Source: Thermoanaerobaculia bacterium
GTDB lineage: Bacteria > Acidobacteriota > Thermoanaerobaculia > Gp7-AA8
DNA length: 64,000 bases
NCBI GenBank assembly: GCA_035516895.1
Contig: DATIZY010000017.1
Location: 3,472 to 67,471, forward strand
Direction of reading: 5' to 3'
The position numbers and the translations under genes were made by a program. The notes beneath the pieces were generated by a model. The model was given only the letters and a program-made list of their open reading frames with translations, was not told the origin of the DNA and searched no databases. How positions within the stretch are numbered: the first letter of the stretch is position 1; each line of letters starts with the position of its first letter. Shown here one piece after another: positions 37,534 to 47,525 of this stretch.

Positions 37534-38903
37534 GTCCGCCGGACCTCGGCGAGGATCACGGCAACGTCTCCGCTCCGGACCAGAACGAAGAGGGCGAGGG
37601 CGAGCGCGGCGATCGCTCCGAGCGGTGCGCTCACTCGGGCGATTCCGACGCCGATGAGAGCCGCCGCGCCGATGAACAGGAGCGGTGCGTCCGCGAGGCC
37701 GATCTTCGCGAATCGCCGCATCGCGGTCATCAGGAGTCCGCGTCCGATCAGTCTGCCGATGAGGACTCCCGCCGCAACGCCGATCGCGCCGAAGCGCGCG
37801 AGGAGCGCCACCGCGAGGATCGTCGATCCGGCTCCGCGCGCCGTTACCCGGAAAAGCTCGGGCGCGTGGCCGGTGCAGAGGAGCGTCGAGCCGGCCGGTC
37901 CACTCGAGACGAGAACAGCGGCGGCGACCGAGAGCAGCACGAGCGGAGCGCCGCCGGCGCCCGCGTACGCCGGGCCGAAGATCGAGAGCATCACCTGCGG
38001 CGCGGCAATGCAGACGACGAGCAGAGGCAGCGCCAGCGTCAGCATCCATCGCGCGGCCGAATGGTAGTAGTGCGCGAGAAGCGTGCGATCGCTCGTCAGC
38101 GTGCGCATGAACGGCGTGGCCGCCGTCGTGATCGCGCCGTGAAGCAGCAGAAACGCCGAGGCGATTTTCTGCGCGACGGCGTAGCGAGCCACCTCGGTCG
38201 TCGCAGCAAACGCGCCGAGAATCAGAATGTCTGCCGATGCCGCGGCCTGATGCATCACGACCACGCCGAGCATCGACCGGCCGCTGCGAAGGAACGCGCT
38301 GCGGTCGAGCCGGCCGACGCGCCATCGCACGTGGAATCCGAAGAGCAGGGTCACCGCCCACGAGATCGCAAACGCAAGGGCGAAATTCGATGCGGCGGGC
38401 GATTGGGCGGACACGATCAGCGCGCCCGCCGCCGCGACCGCCGGTTGTACGACCGAATCCGCCGCTGCGGCGATGACCACATTACCGCTCGCGCGCAACG
38501 CGCCCGCGACATATTGACCGGCTGCCATGCACGGCAGCGCCGCCGCGAGCCAGAGGCCGAACGTCGGCAGCGCATGACCCGTGATCAAAGACCCGGCAAC
38601 GGTGGCCGCGGCGATTCCCGTGGAAGTGGCGACAACGACGATCGCACCGAATCGATTCGCTGCACCGTCGGGATTGATTGCGAGAAGCGCTTGATCGAGA
38701 CCCAGCCGCGCCGCCGGCGCGACGAACTGAAGAATGGTGAATCCGACGACGAAGCGTCCGAACTCATCGACCGGAATCGAACGCGCAACGGTCGCGTAGA
38801 AGACATAGGTGGCGAGGACATCGAAGCCACGGCCGGCGATCGTTGCCAACGTTCCCCGCGTGACGCCGCGGACGCGGAACGCCAGCTCCTCTGCTCCGCT
38901 CAC
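37530..38903 (-). CDS. Polysaccharide biosynthesis protein / oligosaccharide flippase (Wzx-like, MOP superfamily)
   Basis: About 12-14 transmembrane helices and the overall polysaccharide-transporter profile. 457 aa. Confidence 0.7.
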   Translation of the reverse strand: MSGAEELAFRVRGVTRGTLATIAGRGFDVLATYVFYATVARSIPVDEFGRFVVGFTILQFVAPAARLGLDQALLAINPDGAANRFGAIVVVATSTGIAAATVAGSLITGHALPTFGLWLAAALPCMAAGQYVAGALRASGNVVIAAAADSVVQPAVAAAGALIVSAQSPAASNFALAFAISWAVTLLFGFHVRWRVGRLDRSAFLRSGRSMLGVVVMHQAAASADILILGAFAATTEVARYAVAQKIASAFLLLHGAITTAATPFMRTLTSDRTLLAHYYHSAARWMLTLALPLLVVCIAAPQVMLSIFGPAYAGAGGAPLVLLSVAAAVLVSSGPAGSTLLCTGHAPELFRVTARGAGSTILAVALLARFGAIGVAAGVLIGRLIGRGLLMTAMRRFAKIGLADAPLLFIGAAALIGVGIARVSAPLGAIAALALALFVLVRSGDVAVILAEVRRT

Positions 38904-39316
38904 CGGCGGGCACCCGGGGAGTGTCGCATTTCGAAGTCGCGTCGGCCGCCCGCGAAACGTGCCGACAACCGCGCCCTAAACGGCGAGGTCGTGCGAGCGT
39001 GGTATCGGCAGACGCGCGCGTAGGCGTCCGCCGCGCCGCGCACGTAGAGTGTTGCGGTCGGGCCCGCCATCTGACGTACTCTCGCGGATGCAACGCGACG
39101 CGCGTCGCGATCGGATCTCGCGGAATGAATGCGTTCGATCAGCAGACGATGCTGCCGGTCCGCGATCGCGGCGACGCGCGAACACACGGAGTCCTGGCCG
39201 ATTGCTCCGATGAGAATGAACCCGGCGCCAAAATCGGCCTCGACCGTTGTCATCTCTCTCAGCGCCTCCCGATCGTTTGGATCGGGGAGAATGGCGACGC
39301 GGTTTGTCCTGGGCAT
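38900..39316 (-). CDS. Hypothetical protein (possible polysaccharide-cluster component); the ORF could extend to 39691
   Basis: Its stop overlaps the flippase start by 4 nt (ATGA). The C-terminal half is protein-like (VAILPDPNDREALREMTTVEADFGAGFILIGAIGQ). No family recognised. Confidence 0.3.
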   Translation of the reverse strand: MPRTNRVAILPDPNDREALREMTTVEADFGAGFILIGAIGQDSVCSRVAAIADRQHRLLIERIHSARSDRDARRVASARVRQMAGPTATLYVRGAADAYARVCRYHARTTSPFRARLSARFAGGRRDFEMRHSPGARR

Positions 39317-39796
39317 GTCGAGACGAACGTTCCGAAGCGGTCGCGTGATACTACACCGGCGCCGCTGGGCCGAGGTTCGCCTATCAAGCGGCACCGGCAC
39401 ATCCCTCGCACGCACGTACTCTCCACTCCGATGAGTTTCGAGTTGCTCTGGACGAACGCGGTCCACCATCGCCCGGTCGCACGCAACCTGCGGCCGCTCG
39501 TCGAAAGCGTGCATCGCGATCTCGTCGAGCGCAGCCCATCGCTCGGGCGCGACCTCGAGGCGCTCGTCGAATTTCTCGCCTCGGATTTCGGACGCACCGA
39601 CGCGAATTGCTGCGCCGTCGATCGCTTCTTCGCCGGGACGGAAGACCTGGGGCGGACTGCCCGAGCCGGTGCGTGCGATCTTCGCGGACATGAGCGGAAC
39701 GCTGCACGACGCGATTTACGCGCCGAACATCGCATCGACGTTCGACAGTCTTCCGGAGCAGCTCCTCACGCGCATCCGCGCGCTACAATTTCGTCG

Positions 39797-40093
39797 ATGA
39801 CCGCGTTTCTCGAAGCGACGGCGCTGCTGCTTCCGATCGACGCCGGCGGCCGCAGCGAGCCGATCGCGCCGCGCGAGGGCTCCTATCGCCCGCGCGCCGG
39901 ATCGATGCGCGTTCGTTTCATCGAAGGGCCGCCGTCGCTGGAGCCCGGCGGCTGCGCGCGAGTCGTCCTCGAAGTCGAGGAAGGTGTCGAAGCCGATCTC
40001 GCTCGCGGCAGCGAGCTGCCGATCATCGAAGACGATCGCATCGTCGGCATGCTCACCGTCACGCGGCTGTGGCGCAGCGCGATCGCGGTTTAG
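39797..40093 (+). CDS. Small hypothetical protein (beta-barrel-like, ~98 aa)
   Basis: In-frame ATG and protein-like composition (MRVRFIEGPPSLEPGGCARVVLEVEEG...IVGMLTVTRLW). Ends 10 nt before the deacetylase-family gene. Confidence 0.3.
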   Translation: MTAFLEATALLLPIDAGGRSEPIAPREGSYRPRAGSMRVRFIEGPPSLEPGGCARVVLEVEEGVEADLARGSELPIIEDDRIVGMLTVTRLWRSAIAV

Positions 40094-40102
40094 AATGGAA
40101 GC

Positions 40103-40969
40103 GTGATCGTTGGACGGGAGGGGAGACGCAGGCTCACGTCGCGGCGAAGCTCGTTCCGCACCATCGCCCTCCTCACGCTGATTCCGGTTTTCGCGCTCCT
40201 CGCGATTCTCGTCTGGAGCTTCATCGCGATGAACGTGCGCTTCCCGCTTCCCGCCGCGCACAAATCGCCGCTGAGGCCCGCGCCGCCGCCGGCCGCCGCC
40301 GTGCCGCATCGGGGAGACATCGTGCTGATCCTCGACGACGTCGGCTTCGACCATCAGCCGGTCGAGGAGGCCATGCGCATCGATCCGAACCTGAACTTCT
40401 CCGTGCTGCCGAACGCGGCGCACGCGCGTGAGGTGGCCACGCTGCTGCACGAGCATGGCTTCGAAGTTCTCTGCCATCTGCCGATGGAGCCGGAGCACTT
40501 TCCGCAAGTCTCGCCCGGATCGGGCGCGGTGCTGACGTCGATGACCGACGAAGAGATCGCGCGCACGACGATCGAGAACGTCGAATCCGTGCCGTACGCT
40601 CGCGGCGTGAACAATCACATGGGCTCGCGCGCGACCGCGGATTCGCGGGTCATGCAATCGGTGCTCTCTGCGCTGCCCGAGGACATGTATTTCATCGATT
40701 CGCGAACGACGCCCGATTCCGTCGCCGCATCTCTCGCGCATCGGATGCGCATTCCCGCAGCGACGCGCAATGTATTTCTCGACGACGTGCCGCACGACGA
40801 CGCGATCCGGCGCCAGCTCGAGGAGCTCGCGCGCGAGGCACACGCGCGCGGCGTCGCCATCGGCATCGGTCACATGTACCCGTCGACGATCCGCGTTCTC
40901 ACGGCCGAGGCGCCGGCGCTGCGGCGCGAGGGATTCCGGTTCGTTCGCGCGAGCCAGGCCGTGCGATGA
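40103..40969 (+). CDS. Divergent polysaccharide deacetylase family protein (YibQ-like)
   Basis: N-terminal transmembrane anchor, then IVLILDDVGFD, NFSVLPNA, EVLCHLPMEP and ARGVNNHMGS blocks characteristic of the divergent polysaccharide deacetylase family. Confidence 0.7.
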   Translation: MIVGREGRRRLTSRRSSFRTIALLTLIPVFALLAILVWSFIAMNVRFPLPAAHKSPLRPAPPPAAAVPHRGDIVLILDDVGFDHQPVEEAMRIDPNLNFSVLPNAAHAREVATLLHEHGFEVLCHLPMEPEHFPQVSPGSGAVLTSMTDEEIARTTIENVESVPYARGVNNHMGSRATADSRVMQSVLSALPEDMYFIDSRTTPDSVAASLAHRMRIPAATRNVFLDDVPHDDAIRRQLEELAREAHARGVAIGIGHMYPSTIRVLTAEAPALRREGFRFVRASQAVR

Positions 40970-41045
40970 TCGTCCGCCGCTCACCGCTGGCCGTTCGCCG
41001 AGCATCGGTTTCGGCCTGCGGGTCGCGGTCACCGGCCACCGACGG

Positions 41046-41765
41046 ATGCTTCTCGCGCTTTTCCTGATCGATCTCGCGGCGGGTCTCTATCTTTTCCTGC
41101 CGCTCGTCGGCCGGCGCAACGCCGGCGTGAAGTTTTATCGGCTGATCTTCGTCGTCAGCGGCGCACTCGTCCTTTGCTCGCTGATCGGGCATTGGACCGT
41201 CATCGATTCGATCATCATCGCGCTGACGCTCATCGTGTACTCGACGCTGCGTTATCCGAAGCGGCTCATCTTCCGCGTTCCCGTCGTTCTGCTCGGCATG
41301 GCGTACATCGCAGATGCGATCGCGCTCTGGCACGCCGCGACCGGATCGTCGTGGGCGTGGAGTGTCGCCGGCGCGATCTCCAGCATCGCTCTGCTGGGCT
41401 GCGTGAACCTCGCCATGCTCCTCGGCCACTGGTATCTCGTCGTGCGCGGAATGAGCATCGATCCGCTGAAGCGGCTGACGCACGCGACGCTCGCCGCCTC
41501 GATCGTGCGCGTGATCGTCGTTGCGATCGCGCTCCTCATGCCCGGCGTCTGGAATGCGATCGCGATCCGGCAGGGGATCTTCTTCTGGATGCGCGCCGGT
41601 TGGGGACTGGTCGGGCCGCTCGCGCTCTACCCGATGGTTTGGGGAACGGTGAAGATTCGCTCCACGATGGCGGCGACGGGGATTCTTTACGTCGACGTCG
41701 TTGCGGTCGTCATCGGCGAGGTGTTAGGCGCGTGGCTGTCGGCGCTCGGTCATCTGCCGCTGTAG
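41046..41765 (+). CDS. Hypothetical integral membrane protein (6-7 transmembrane helices)
   Basis: Strongly hydrophobic helical segments throughout. The upstream part of the ORF is Arg/Ser-rich and was discarded. Confidence 0.5.
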   Translation: MLLALFLIDLAAGLYLFLPLVGRRNAGVKFYRLIFVVSGALVLCSLIGHWTVIDSIIIALTLIVYSTLRYPKRLIFRVPVVLLGMAYIADAIALWHAATGSSWAWSVAGAISSIALLGCVNLAMLLGHWYLVVRGMSIDPLKRLTHATLAASIVRVIVVAIALLMPGVWNAIAIRQGIFFWMRAGWGLVGPLALYPMVWGTVKIRSTMAATGILYVDVVAVVIGEVLGAWLSALGHLPL

Positions 41766-42524
41766 CGCGCCGGCGACGTTCTCCTCCAGGTGCTGCACCT
41801 TCGACGTGCCGGGGATCGGCAGCATCACGGTCGACCGATCGAGCAGCCACGCCAGTGCGTCGCCCGGATCGAGCTTGCCGACGGCCAGCGGGAACCACGG
41901 GATGAAGCCGATCTGCTCGCGCTCGCAATAATCGACGACGTCATCCCACTGCCGCTCCTGCATGTTGTATTTGTTCTGCACCGAAACGACCGGAAAGAAT
42001 CTTCGCGCGCGCTCGATCTGCTCGATGTTCACTTCCGACAGTCCGGCGTGGCGGATTTTTCCTTCGCGCTGAAACTGCTGAATCGCCTCGAACTGATCTT
42101 CTTCCGCCACGTTCGGATCGATTCGATGCAGCTGCCACAAATCGATGCGTTCGAGCCGCAAACGTTTCAGACTGCCGTCGATCTCTTCGCGCAACCGCTC
42201 GGGACGGCCGTTCGGCACCCACTGACCCGGACCGGGGCGATCGAGGCCGCCTTTCGTCGCGATCACCAGACCTTTCGGATAAGGATGCAATGCCTCGGCG
42301 ATGATCTGCTCGCTGACGTGCGGCCCGTACGATTCGGCCGTGTCGATCAGATTGATGCCGAGCTCGATCGCGCGCCGAAGCACCGCGATGCATTCCCTGC
42401 GATCGTTCGGCGGTCCCCAGACGCCGTCGCCGGTTAGGCGCATGGCGCCGAATCCGAGGCGGTGAACCGGAAGGTCTCCGCCGAGCTTGAACGTGCCGCT
42501 CCCGGCGGCGCTGATCGTTTTCAT
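41724..42524 (-). CDS. Aldo/keto reductase
   Basis: [49 protein letters not shown] and [13 protein letters not shown] motifs. Confidence 0.75.
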   Translation of the reverse strand: MKTISAAGSGTFKLGGDLPVHRLGFGAMRLTGDGVWGPPNDRRECIAVLRRAIELGINLIDTAESYGPHVSEQIIAEALHPYPKGLVIATKGGLDRPGPGQWVPNGRPERLREEIDGSLKRLRLERIDLWQLHRIDPNVAEEDQFEAIQQFQREGKIRHAGLSEVNIEQIERARRFFPVVSVQNKYNMQERQWDDVVDYCEREQIGFIPWFPLAVGKLDPGDALAWLLDRSTVMLPIPGTSKVQHLEENVAGALQRQMTERRQPRA

Positions 42525-42532
42525 GTCGTGCC

Positions 42533-42964
42533 TCATTCCTCCGCACCGGGTGGCGCGGCACCGTAGACGTGGCGATCGTGCGTTGCAAGATCGAATCCGT
42601 GGAGCGCCGGATTCGGCGGATATCCGCGGTGCACCGCCTGGCATCGATAGCACACGATCACGTCCTTCACCATGCGCCAGACGATGTAGTCGAGAATCGT
42701 AACGCCGAGGAGCGACAGGCCGTACGTCCACGGAACGAAAATCGATCCGACGACCACGATGGCGATGCCGGTGGTGCGGTTGAAATCTTTCTGAAAGTAG
42801 AGCTGGTCGTGACCGCAGGCGGCGCAGCGGCCGATGATCGAGCCGTCCGGCGGAGCGATCACGTCGTTCGGCGCGCCGCACCGATCGCAGAGACGCGCGG
42901 TTTCGCCCGCTTCGCGCGCCTGGCGCGCGTCGCATTTCGGGCAGAGAAAGTGGACGGAGGCCAC
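42533..42964 (-). CDS. Zinc-ribbon membrane protein (hypothetical)
   Basis: Four CxxC pairs (CPKCD...CDRCG, CAACG, CYRCQ) flanking one transmembrane helix. Confidence 0.45.
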   Translation of the reverse strand: MASVHFLCPKCDARQAREAGETARLCDRCGAPNDVIAPPDGSIIGRCAACGHDQLYFQKDFNRTTGIAIVVVGSIFVPWTYGLSLLGVTILDYIVWRMVKDVIVCYRCQAVHRGYPPNPALHGFDLATHDRHVYGAAPPGAEE

Positions 42965-42971
42965 GCGCGGA

Positions 42972-43529
42972 TTATCGCGCGCGCTCGATGTAGCGGTTCT
43001 CGCTGGGGTCGACGATGATCTCTTCGCCCGCGGTGACGAACGGCGGCACCTGCACGACGACGCCGTTTTCGAGCGTCGCAGGTTTGTACGACGCGGACGC
43101 CGTGGCGCCCTTCATCATCGGCTGCGTCTCGACGATCTTCGCTTTGACGGTCTTCGGCAGCTCGATGCCGAGCGGCCTTCCCTCGTAGAACTGCACCTGC
43201 AGCTTCACCCCGGGCGACAGCCACGCGGCGGAGTCGCCGAGGTCGTCTTCGGAGATCTCGATCTGCTCGTAATTCTCGGTGTTCATGAAGTGATGCGCAT
43301 GACCGTCGGAGTAGAGGTACTCCATCTCGTGCTGGTTGATGAAGGCCTGCTCGATTTCGTCCTGAGATCGGAAACGATGCTCGAACTGGTTGCCGGTGCG
43401 CAGGTTGCGCATCTTGACCTGGACCATCGCGCGGAGGTTGCCGGGCGTGTGGTGATGGAAATCGAGGACCTTGCAGAGGTCGCCGTTGAAGAGGACGACC
43501 ATTCCCTTGCGTAGATCATTTGCCTGCAT
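42972..43529 (-). CDS. efp: Translation elongation factor P
   Basis: NDLRKGMVVLFNGDLCKVLDFHHHTPGNLRAMVQVKMRNLRTGN (a KOW-like domain carrying the conserved modified Lys region), three-domain length of 185 aa. Confidence 0.9.
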   Translation of the reverse strand: MQANDLRKGMVVLFNGDLCKVLDFHHHTPGNLRAMVQVKMRNLRTGNQFEHRFRSQDEIEQAFINQHEMEYLYSDGHAHHFMNTENYEQIEISEDDLGDSAAWLSPGVKLQVQFYEGRPLGIELPKTVKAKIVETQPMMKGATASASYKPATLENGVVVQVPPFVTAGEEIIVDPSENRYIERAR

Positions 43530-43577
43530 GCGGCACCCCAAACGGCTGATTCAGCGGGCGTTATTCCAGTGGCGGCG

Positions 43578-45563
43578 CTAGGTCGGCAGGACGCGGATCG
43601 GCAGCACGATCGCCTGAAGTCCGTCGAACTGCAGCCGCCGCTGGATCGCGTTCGGCGTCTCGTTGTGCAGCAGCCGGTAGTACCACTTTTCGTCGCGGAA
43701 GATCAGCTTGCCCACGAAGAAGATCGCGCGCGGATACTCCTCCGCGATCTTCTTGCACACTTCGGTGATGCTGTCGACGGCTTCCGTTCCGATCGCGATG
43801 CGGTAGTCGGCGGCCATGCCCTGGCTCTGCGCCCACCGCACGTACTTCTGCAGATTCGCGCGCGTTTCACTGTCGAGCGATTCGATCTCCTGCGCGCCCT
43901 TGAACGTACCGGAGTCGACAACGGCGGCGCTGACGAAAATGAAATTCTTGAACATGCGCGGAAAGAGCCGGTGGATCGACAGCACCTCGTGAATGCCGAA
44001 ACCGGAAAACGACTTCACCATGATGACGGCCGTCGGCGCGTTCTTTTCGAGCTGCGGCGCGGATTTGACGTCCGGCGCCGGCGGAACCGTCGCCAGAATC
44101 TCGTCCAGGCTGCGCATCCCGGCGCTGACGTTCTGATAATGCTTGTGAATCGCGAACGCGATGAAGACGAGAACGGTCGTGATCGCGATGGTGATCCAGC
44201 CGCCCTGGCGGAACTTCTCCATGATCGTAATGCCGAGGATGCTGACGCACAGGATGAATCCGAAGCCGTGAATCGCGAGTCGGCTCCTCCACTTCGGCTC
44301 CTTCTTTCGGTCCTGGATCCAATGTTTCGCCATGCCGAGCAGCGACAGCGAGAACGTGATGAACACGTTGATCGAATACATGACCACGAGCGTCGTGATG
44401 TCGCCTCGCGTGTAGAGCAGCGCCGCGAGACCGGCGAGGCCCATCAGCAGGATGCCGTCCTGGGTGACCAGACGGTCGGACAACTGGGAGAAGCGATGCG
44501 GCATCCATGAATCGATTGCCATGTTGGACAGGATCCGAGGACCATCGAGGAATCCCGCCTGCGCCGCCACGAACAGCAGCGCCGCCTCGGTGATGAGCGT
44601 GAAGACGATGACGGTCGCGCCGAAGGAGAAATGGCCGAAGAGGTTGCCGAGCAGCACAGCGTTCATCGTCTTGCCGCTCTCCGGACGGGCGTCGGTCAGC
44701 AGGTAGCCGAAGATGATGCCGCCCGCCGTGAAGGCCAGCGATGCCGCCATCAGCGCCATCGTTTTTTTCGCCGTGACGACGCGCGGCTCGCGAAGGATCG
44801 ACACGCCGTTCGAGACCGCCTCGATGCCGGTGTACGTGCCGCCGCCCATCGACCAGGCGCGCAGGATCAACAGCATCAGCGGAATCCACCCGAGCGATTG
44901 CGCCGAAACGTGAAAGTCGTGCGCCGCGTCGGTGAAGACTCTCGGCAGGCCGCGCCAGTCGACGAGCAGCGCGTAGGAGATCGCAAGGACGTGCATGATC
45001 ACGAACGCGACGAAGATCGGCGTGAGGAGCTTGACCGATTCCTTCACGCCGCGAAGATTCAAAACGACGAGAAACGCGAGGATCAGAATCTCCGCCGGCA
45101 TCTTCAAGTGATGCACGCGGATCGGAAGGAACGAGAAGATCTGCTCGCATCCGTCGGAGATCGACACGGTGATCGTCAGGACGTAATCGACGAGCAGCGC
45201 GCAGCCGGAGATGACGCCAACGCGGTTGCCGAGAAGCTTCGTGGCGACGAGGTATCCGCCGCCGCCGCCCGGGAAGTACTCGATCAGGTTCGCGTACGCG
45301 GTGGAGATCACGGTGATCGTCAGCGCGGTCATCGCGGCGAGGATGATCGCCAGGTGCGTGTGGGTGCCGAGCGCGCGGTAGGCCTCGTCGGGGCCGTACG
45401 CCGAGGACGACAGGCCGTCCGCGCCGAGACCGACCCACGCGAGGAAGGCGATCAGCGACGTGTGGTGAAAGATCTCCGGATCGCTGACGTTGCGCGCTTT
45501 TCCGATCACGATCCGCCGCAGACGGCGGATCCGCGTCTCTTCTCCTTCCGGATTCTCGCTCAT
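43578..45563 (-). CDS. APC-superfamily transporter with ~200-aa cytoplasmic C-terminal domain (KimA/YdaO-like candidate K+ importer)
   Basis: 12 transmembrane helices of the amino-acid/polyamine/organocation (APC) fold, plus a soluble tail. The ATG overlaps the kup stop (TGATG). Confidence 0.7.
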   Translation of the reverse strand: MSENPEGEETRIRRLRRIVIGKARNVSDPEIFHHTSLIAFLAWVGLGADGLSSSAYGPDEAYRALGTHTHLAIILAAMTALTITVISTAYANLIEYFPGGGGGYLVATKLLGNRVGVISGCALLVDYVLTITVSISDGCEQIFSFLPIRVHHLKMPAEILILAFLVVLNLRGVKESVKLLTPIFVAFVIMHVLAISYALLVDWRGLPRVFTDAAHDFHVSAQSLGWIPLMLLILRAWSMGGGTYTGIEAVSNGVSILREPRVVTAKKTMALMAASLAFTAGGIIFGYLLTDARPESGKTMNAVLLGNLFGHFSFGATVIVFTLITEAALLFVAAQAGFLDGPRILSNMAIDSWMPHRFSQLSDRLVTQDGILLMGLAGLAALLYTRGDITTLVVMYSINVFITFSLSLLGMAKHWIQDRKKEPKWRSRLAIHGFGFILCVSILGITIMEKFRQGGWITIAITTVLVFIAFAIHKHYQNVSAGMRSLDEILATVPPAPDVKSAPQLEKNAPTAVIMVKSFSGFGIHEVLSIHRLFPRMFKNFIFVSAAVVDSGTFKGAQEIESLDSETRANLQKYVRWAQSQGMAADYRIAIGTEAVDSITEVCKKIAEEYPRAIFFVGKLIFRDEKWYYRLLHNETPNAIQRRLQFDGLQAIVLPIRVLPT

Positions 45564-47440
45564 CAAATCTCGATTTGCGCGCCGAGCTCCAGCACCTGAT
45601 TCGGCGGGAGACAGAAGTAGGTCGATGCGCTCGAAGCGTTGCGCAGCATCCAGCCGAAGAGGTGATCGCGCCACAGCGCCATGCCGGGCGCGCGCGTGGC
45701 GATCAGCGTCTCGCGTCCGAGGAAGTAGCTCGTGGTCATCGGAGCAAACGTGACGGGGCCTTTGATTTTCGCGAGGAGCTTCGGCAGATCGGGCTCCTCG
45801 ATGAATCCGAAATGGACGACGAGACGATACACGCCGCTCCCGAGGTCCTTCCAGAAGTAGCGTTGCCCCTCGGCAACGCGCGCCGTCTCGTCGATCTCGA
45901 CGTTGAGCAGGACGACGGTCTCGTGGACGACCTTGTTGTGTTTGAGATTGTGCAGCAGTGTGGTCGGGATGCCTGTTTGCGACCGCGACAGAAACACCGC
46001 CGTGCCCGGCACGCGCGGAACGGTGTTGCTGGCCAGATCACGGAGGAAATCATCGATCGAGAGCGCTTGCTGCCCGAGCCGCTGATTCAAAATGCGCCGC
46101 CCAGTCTGCCACGTCGTCATCAAAGTATAGATGGCAATGCCCACGGCGAGTGGAAACCACCCGCCCTCCGCCACCTTGACGATATTGGCGAGAAAGAACG
46201 AAAGATCGATCGTCAGAAGGGGCACGGTGACGGCGATGATCGTCGCCAGCGACCAGCGCCACAGCTCCCGCTCGACGACGGCGACGAGCGCGGTGGTGAT
46301 CGCCATCGTCGTCGTCACCGCAACGCCATACGCCGCGGCGAGGTTCGTCGACGCACGGAAGGCGAGGACGAGGCCGATCGAGCAGATCATCAGGATCCAG
46401 TTGACCGAGGGGATGTAGATCTGCCCGATCTCCCGTGCCGAGGTGTGGCGGATGACCAGCCGCGGCGAGTAGCCGAGCTGTACCGCCTGCCGCGACAGCG
46501 AGTACGCGCCGGAGATGACGGCCTGCGAGGCGATGATCGTCGCCATCGTCGCCAGAATCACGAGCGGAACCTGCGCCCATCGCGGAGCGAGCAGGAAGAA
46601 CGGATGCTCGGTGCCCCGCGGATGATGCAGCAGCAGCGCGCCCTGGCCGAGATAATTCAGAACGAGCGATGGAAAGACGAGCACGAACCAGGCGATGCGA
46701 ATCGGCTTCGCGCCGAAATGGCCCATATCGGCATACAGCGCCTCGCCGCCCGTGACCGCGAGAAACACAGCGCCGAGAACGAGAAACCCGCGATGGCCGT
46801 TGCGGACAAAGAAGTCGATTGCGTACTGCGGATCGAACGCGAGCAGCACGCGCGGAACCTGAATGATGTGCCAGATGCCGAGCAGCGCAATGACCACGAA
46901 CCAGAGACCCATCACCGGTCCGAACGCCGCACCCACTCTCGCAGTCCCGAACCGCTGCACGACGAAGAGCGCCACCAGCACGATGACCGTGATGGGCACG
47001 ACATACGGCGTGAACACCGGCGTCGCCACCTCGATGCCTTCGATCGCGCTGAGCACCGAGATCGCCGGCGTGATCATCCCGTCGCCGTAGAGCAACGCCG
47101 CTCCGAAGAGGCCGAGGCTGACGAGAACGAACCGCCGGCGGCGGTCGCCGCGGGCGCCGACGAGCGACATCAGCGCGAGGATGCCGCCTTCTCCGCGGTT
47201 GTCGGCGCGCATCACCAGCGCGAGGTACTTGATCGAAATGATCACCACGAGCGACCAGATGATCAGCGACAGCGTGCCGAGGACGTTGGCGGGAGTGGGG
47301 AGGACGCCGTGCGCGGGCCGGAAGCATTCGCGCAGCGCATACAGCGGGCTCGTGCCGATGTCGCCGTACACGACGCCGAGCGCGCCAACGGAGAGGACGA
47401 GGAGATAACGACGGTTACTCTGCCCGGGTACAGGTTCCAT
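45563..47440 (-). CDS. kup: KUP/HAK/KT family potassium transporter
   Basis: N-terminal LGALGVVYGDIGTSPLY signature, ~12 transmembrane helices, and a C-terminal cytoplasmic domain. 625 aa. Confidence 0.85.
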   Translation of the reverse strand: MEPVPGQSNRRYLLVLSVGALGVVYGDIGTSPLYALRECFRPAHGVLPTPANVLGTLSLIIWSLVVIISIKYLALVMRADNRGEGGILALMSLVGARGDRRRRFVLVSLGLFGAALLYGDGMITPAISVLSAIEGIEVATPVFTPYVVPITVIVLVALFVVQRFGTARVGAAFGPVMGLWFVVIALLGIWHIIQVPRVLLAFDPQYAIDFFVRNGHRGFLVLGAVFLAVTGGEALYADMGHFGAKPIRIAWFVLVFPSLVLNYLGQGALLLHHPRGTEHPFFLLAPRWAQVPLVILATMATIIASQAVISGAYSLSRQAVQLGYSPRLVIRHTSAREIGQIYIPSVNWILMICSIGLVLAFRASTNLAAAYGVAVTTTMAITTALVAVVERELWRWSLATIIAVTVPLLTIDLSFFLANIVKVAEGGWFPLAVGIAIYTLMTTWQTGRRILNQRLGQQALSIDDFLRDLASNTVPRVPGTAVFLSRSQTGIPTTLLHNLKHNKVVHETVVLLNVEIDETARVAEGQRYFWKDLGSGVYRLVVHFGFIEEPDLPKLLAKIKGPVTFAPMTTSYFLGRETLIATRAPGMALWRDHLFGWMLRNASSASTYFCLPPNQVLELGAQIEI

Positions 47441-47525
47441 CGACGGCCGCGGCACGGTACCACATGCTTGATATACTCCGCGCCCTCTGCCCAGCAACGT
47501 GCACCGCGAACTGGGGTTGAGGGCA

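Noticed and set aside
38921-39790. 5' two-thirds of plus-strand ORF 38921..40093
   Set aside because: Arg-rich, non-protein-like until the internal ATG at 39797. Only the 3' 98-codon part is kept, as a low-confidence gene.
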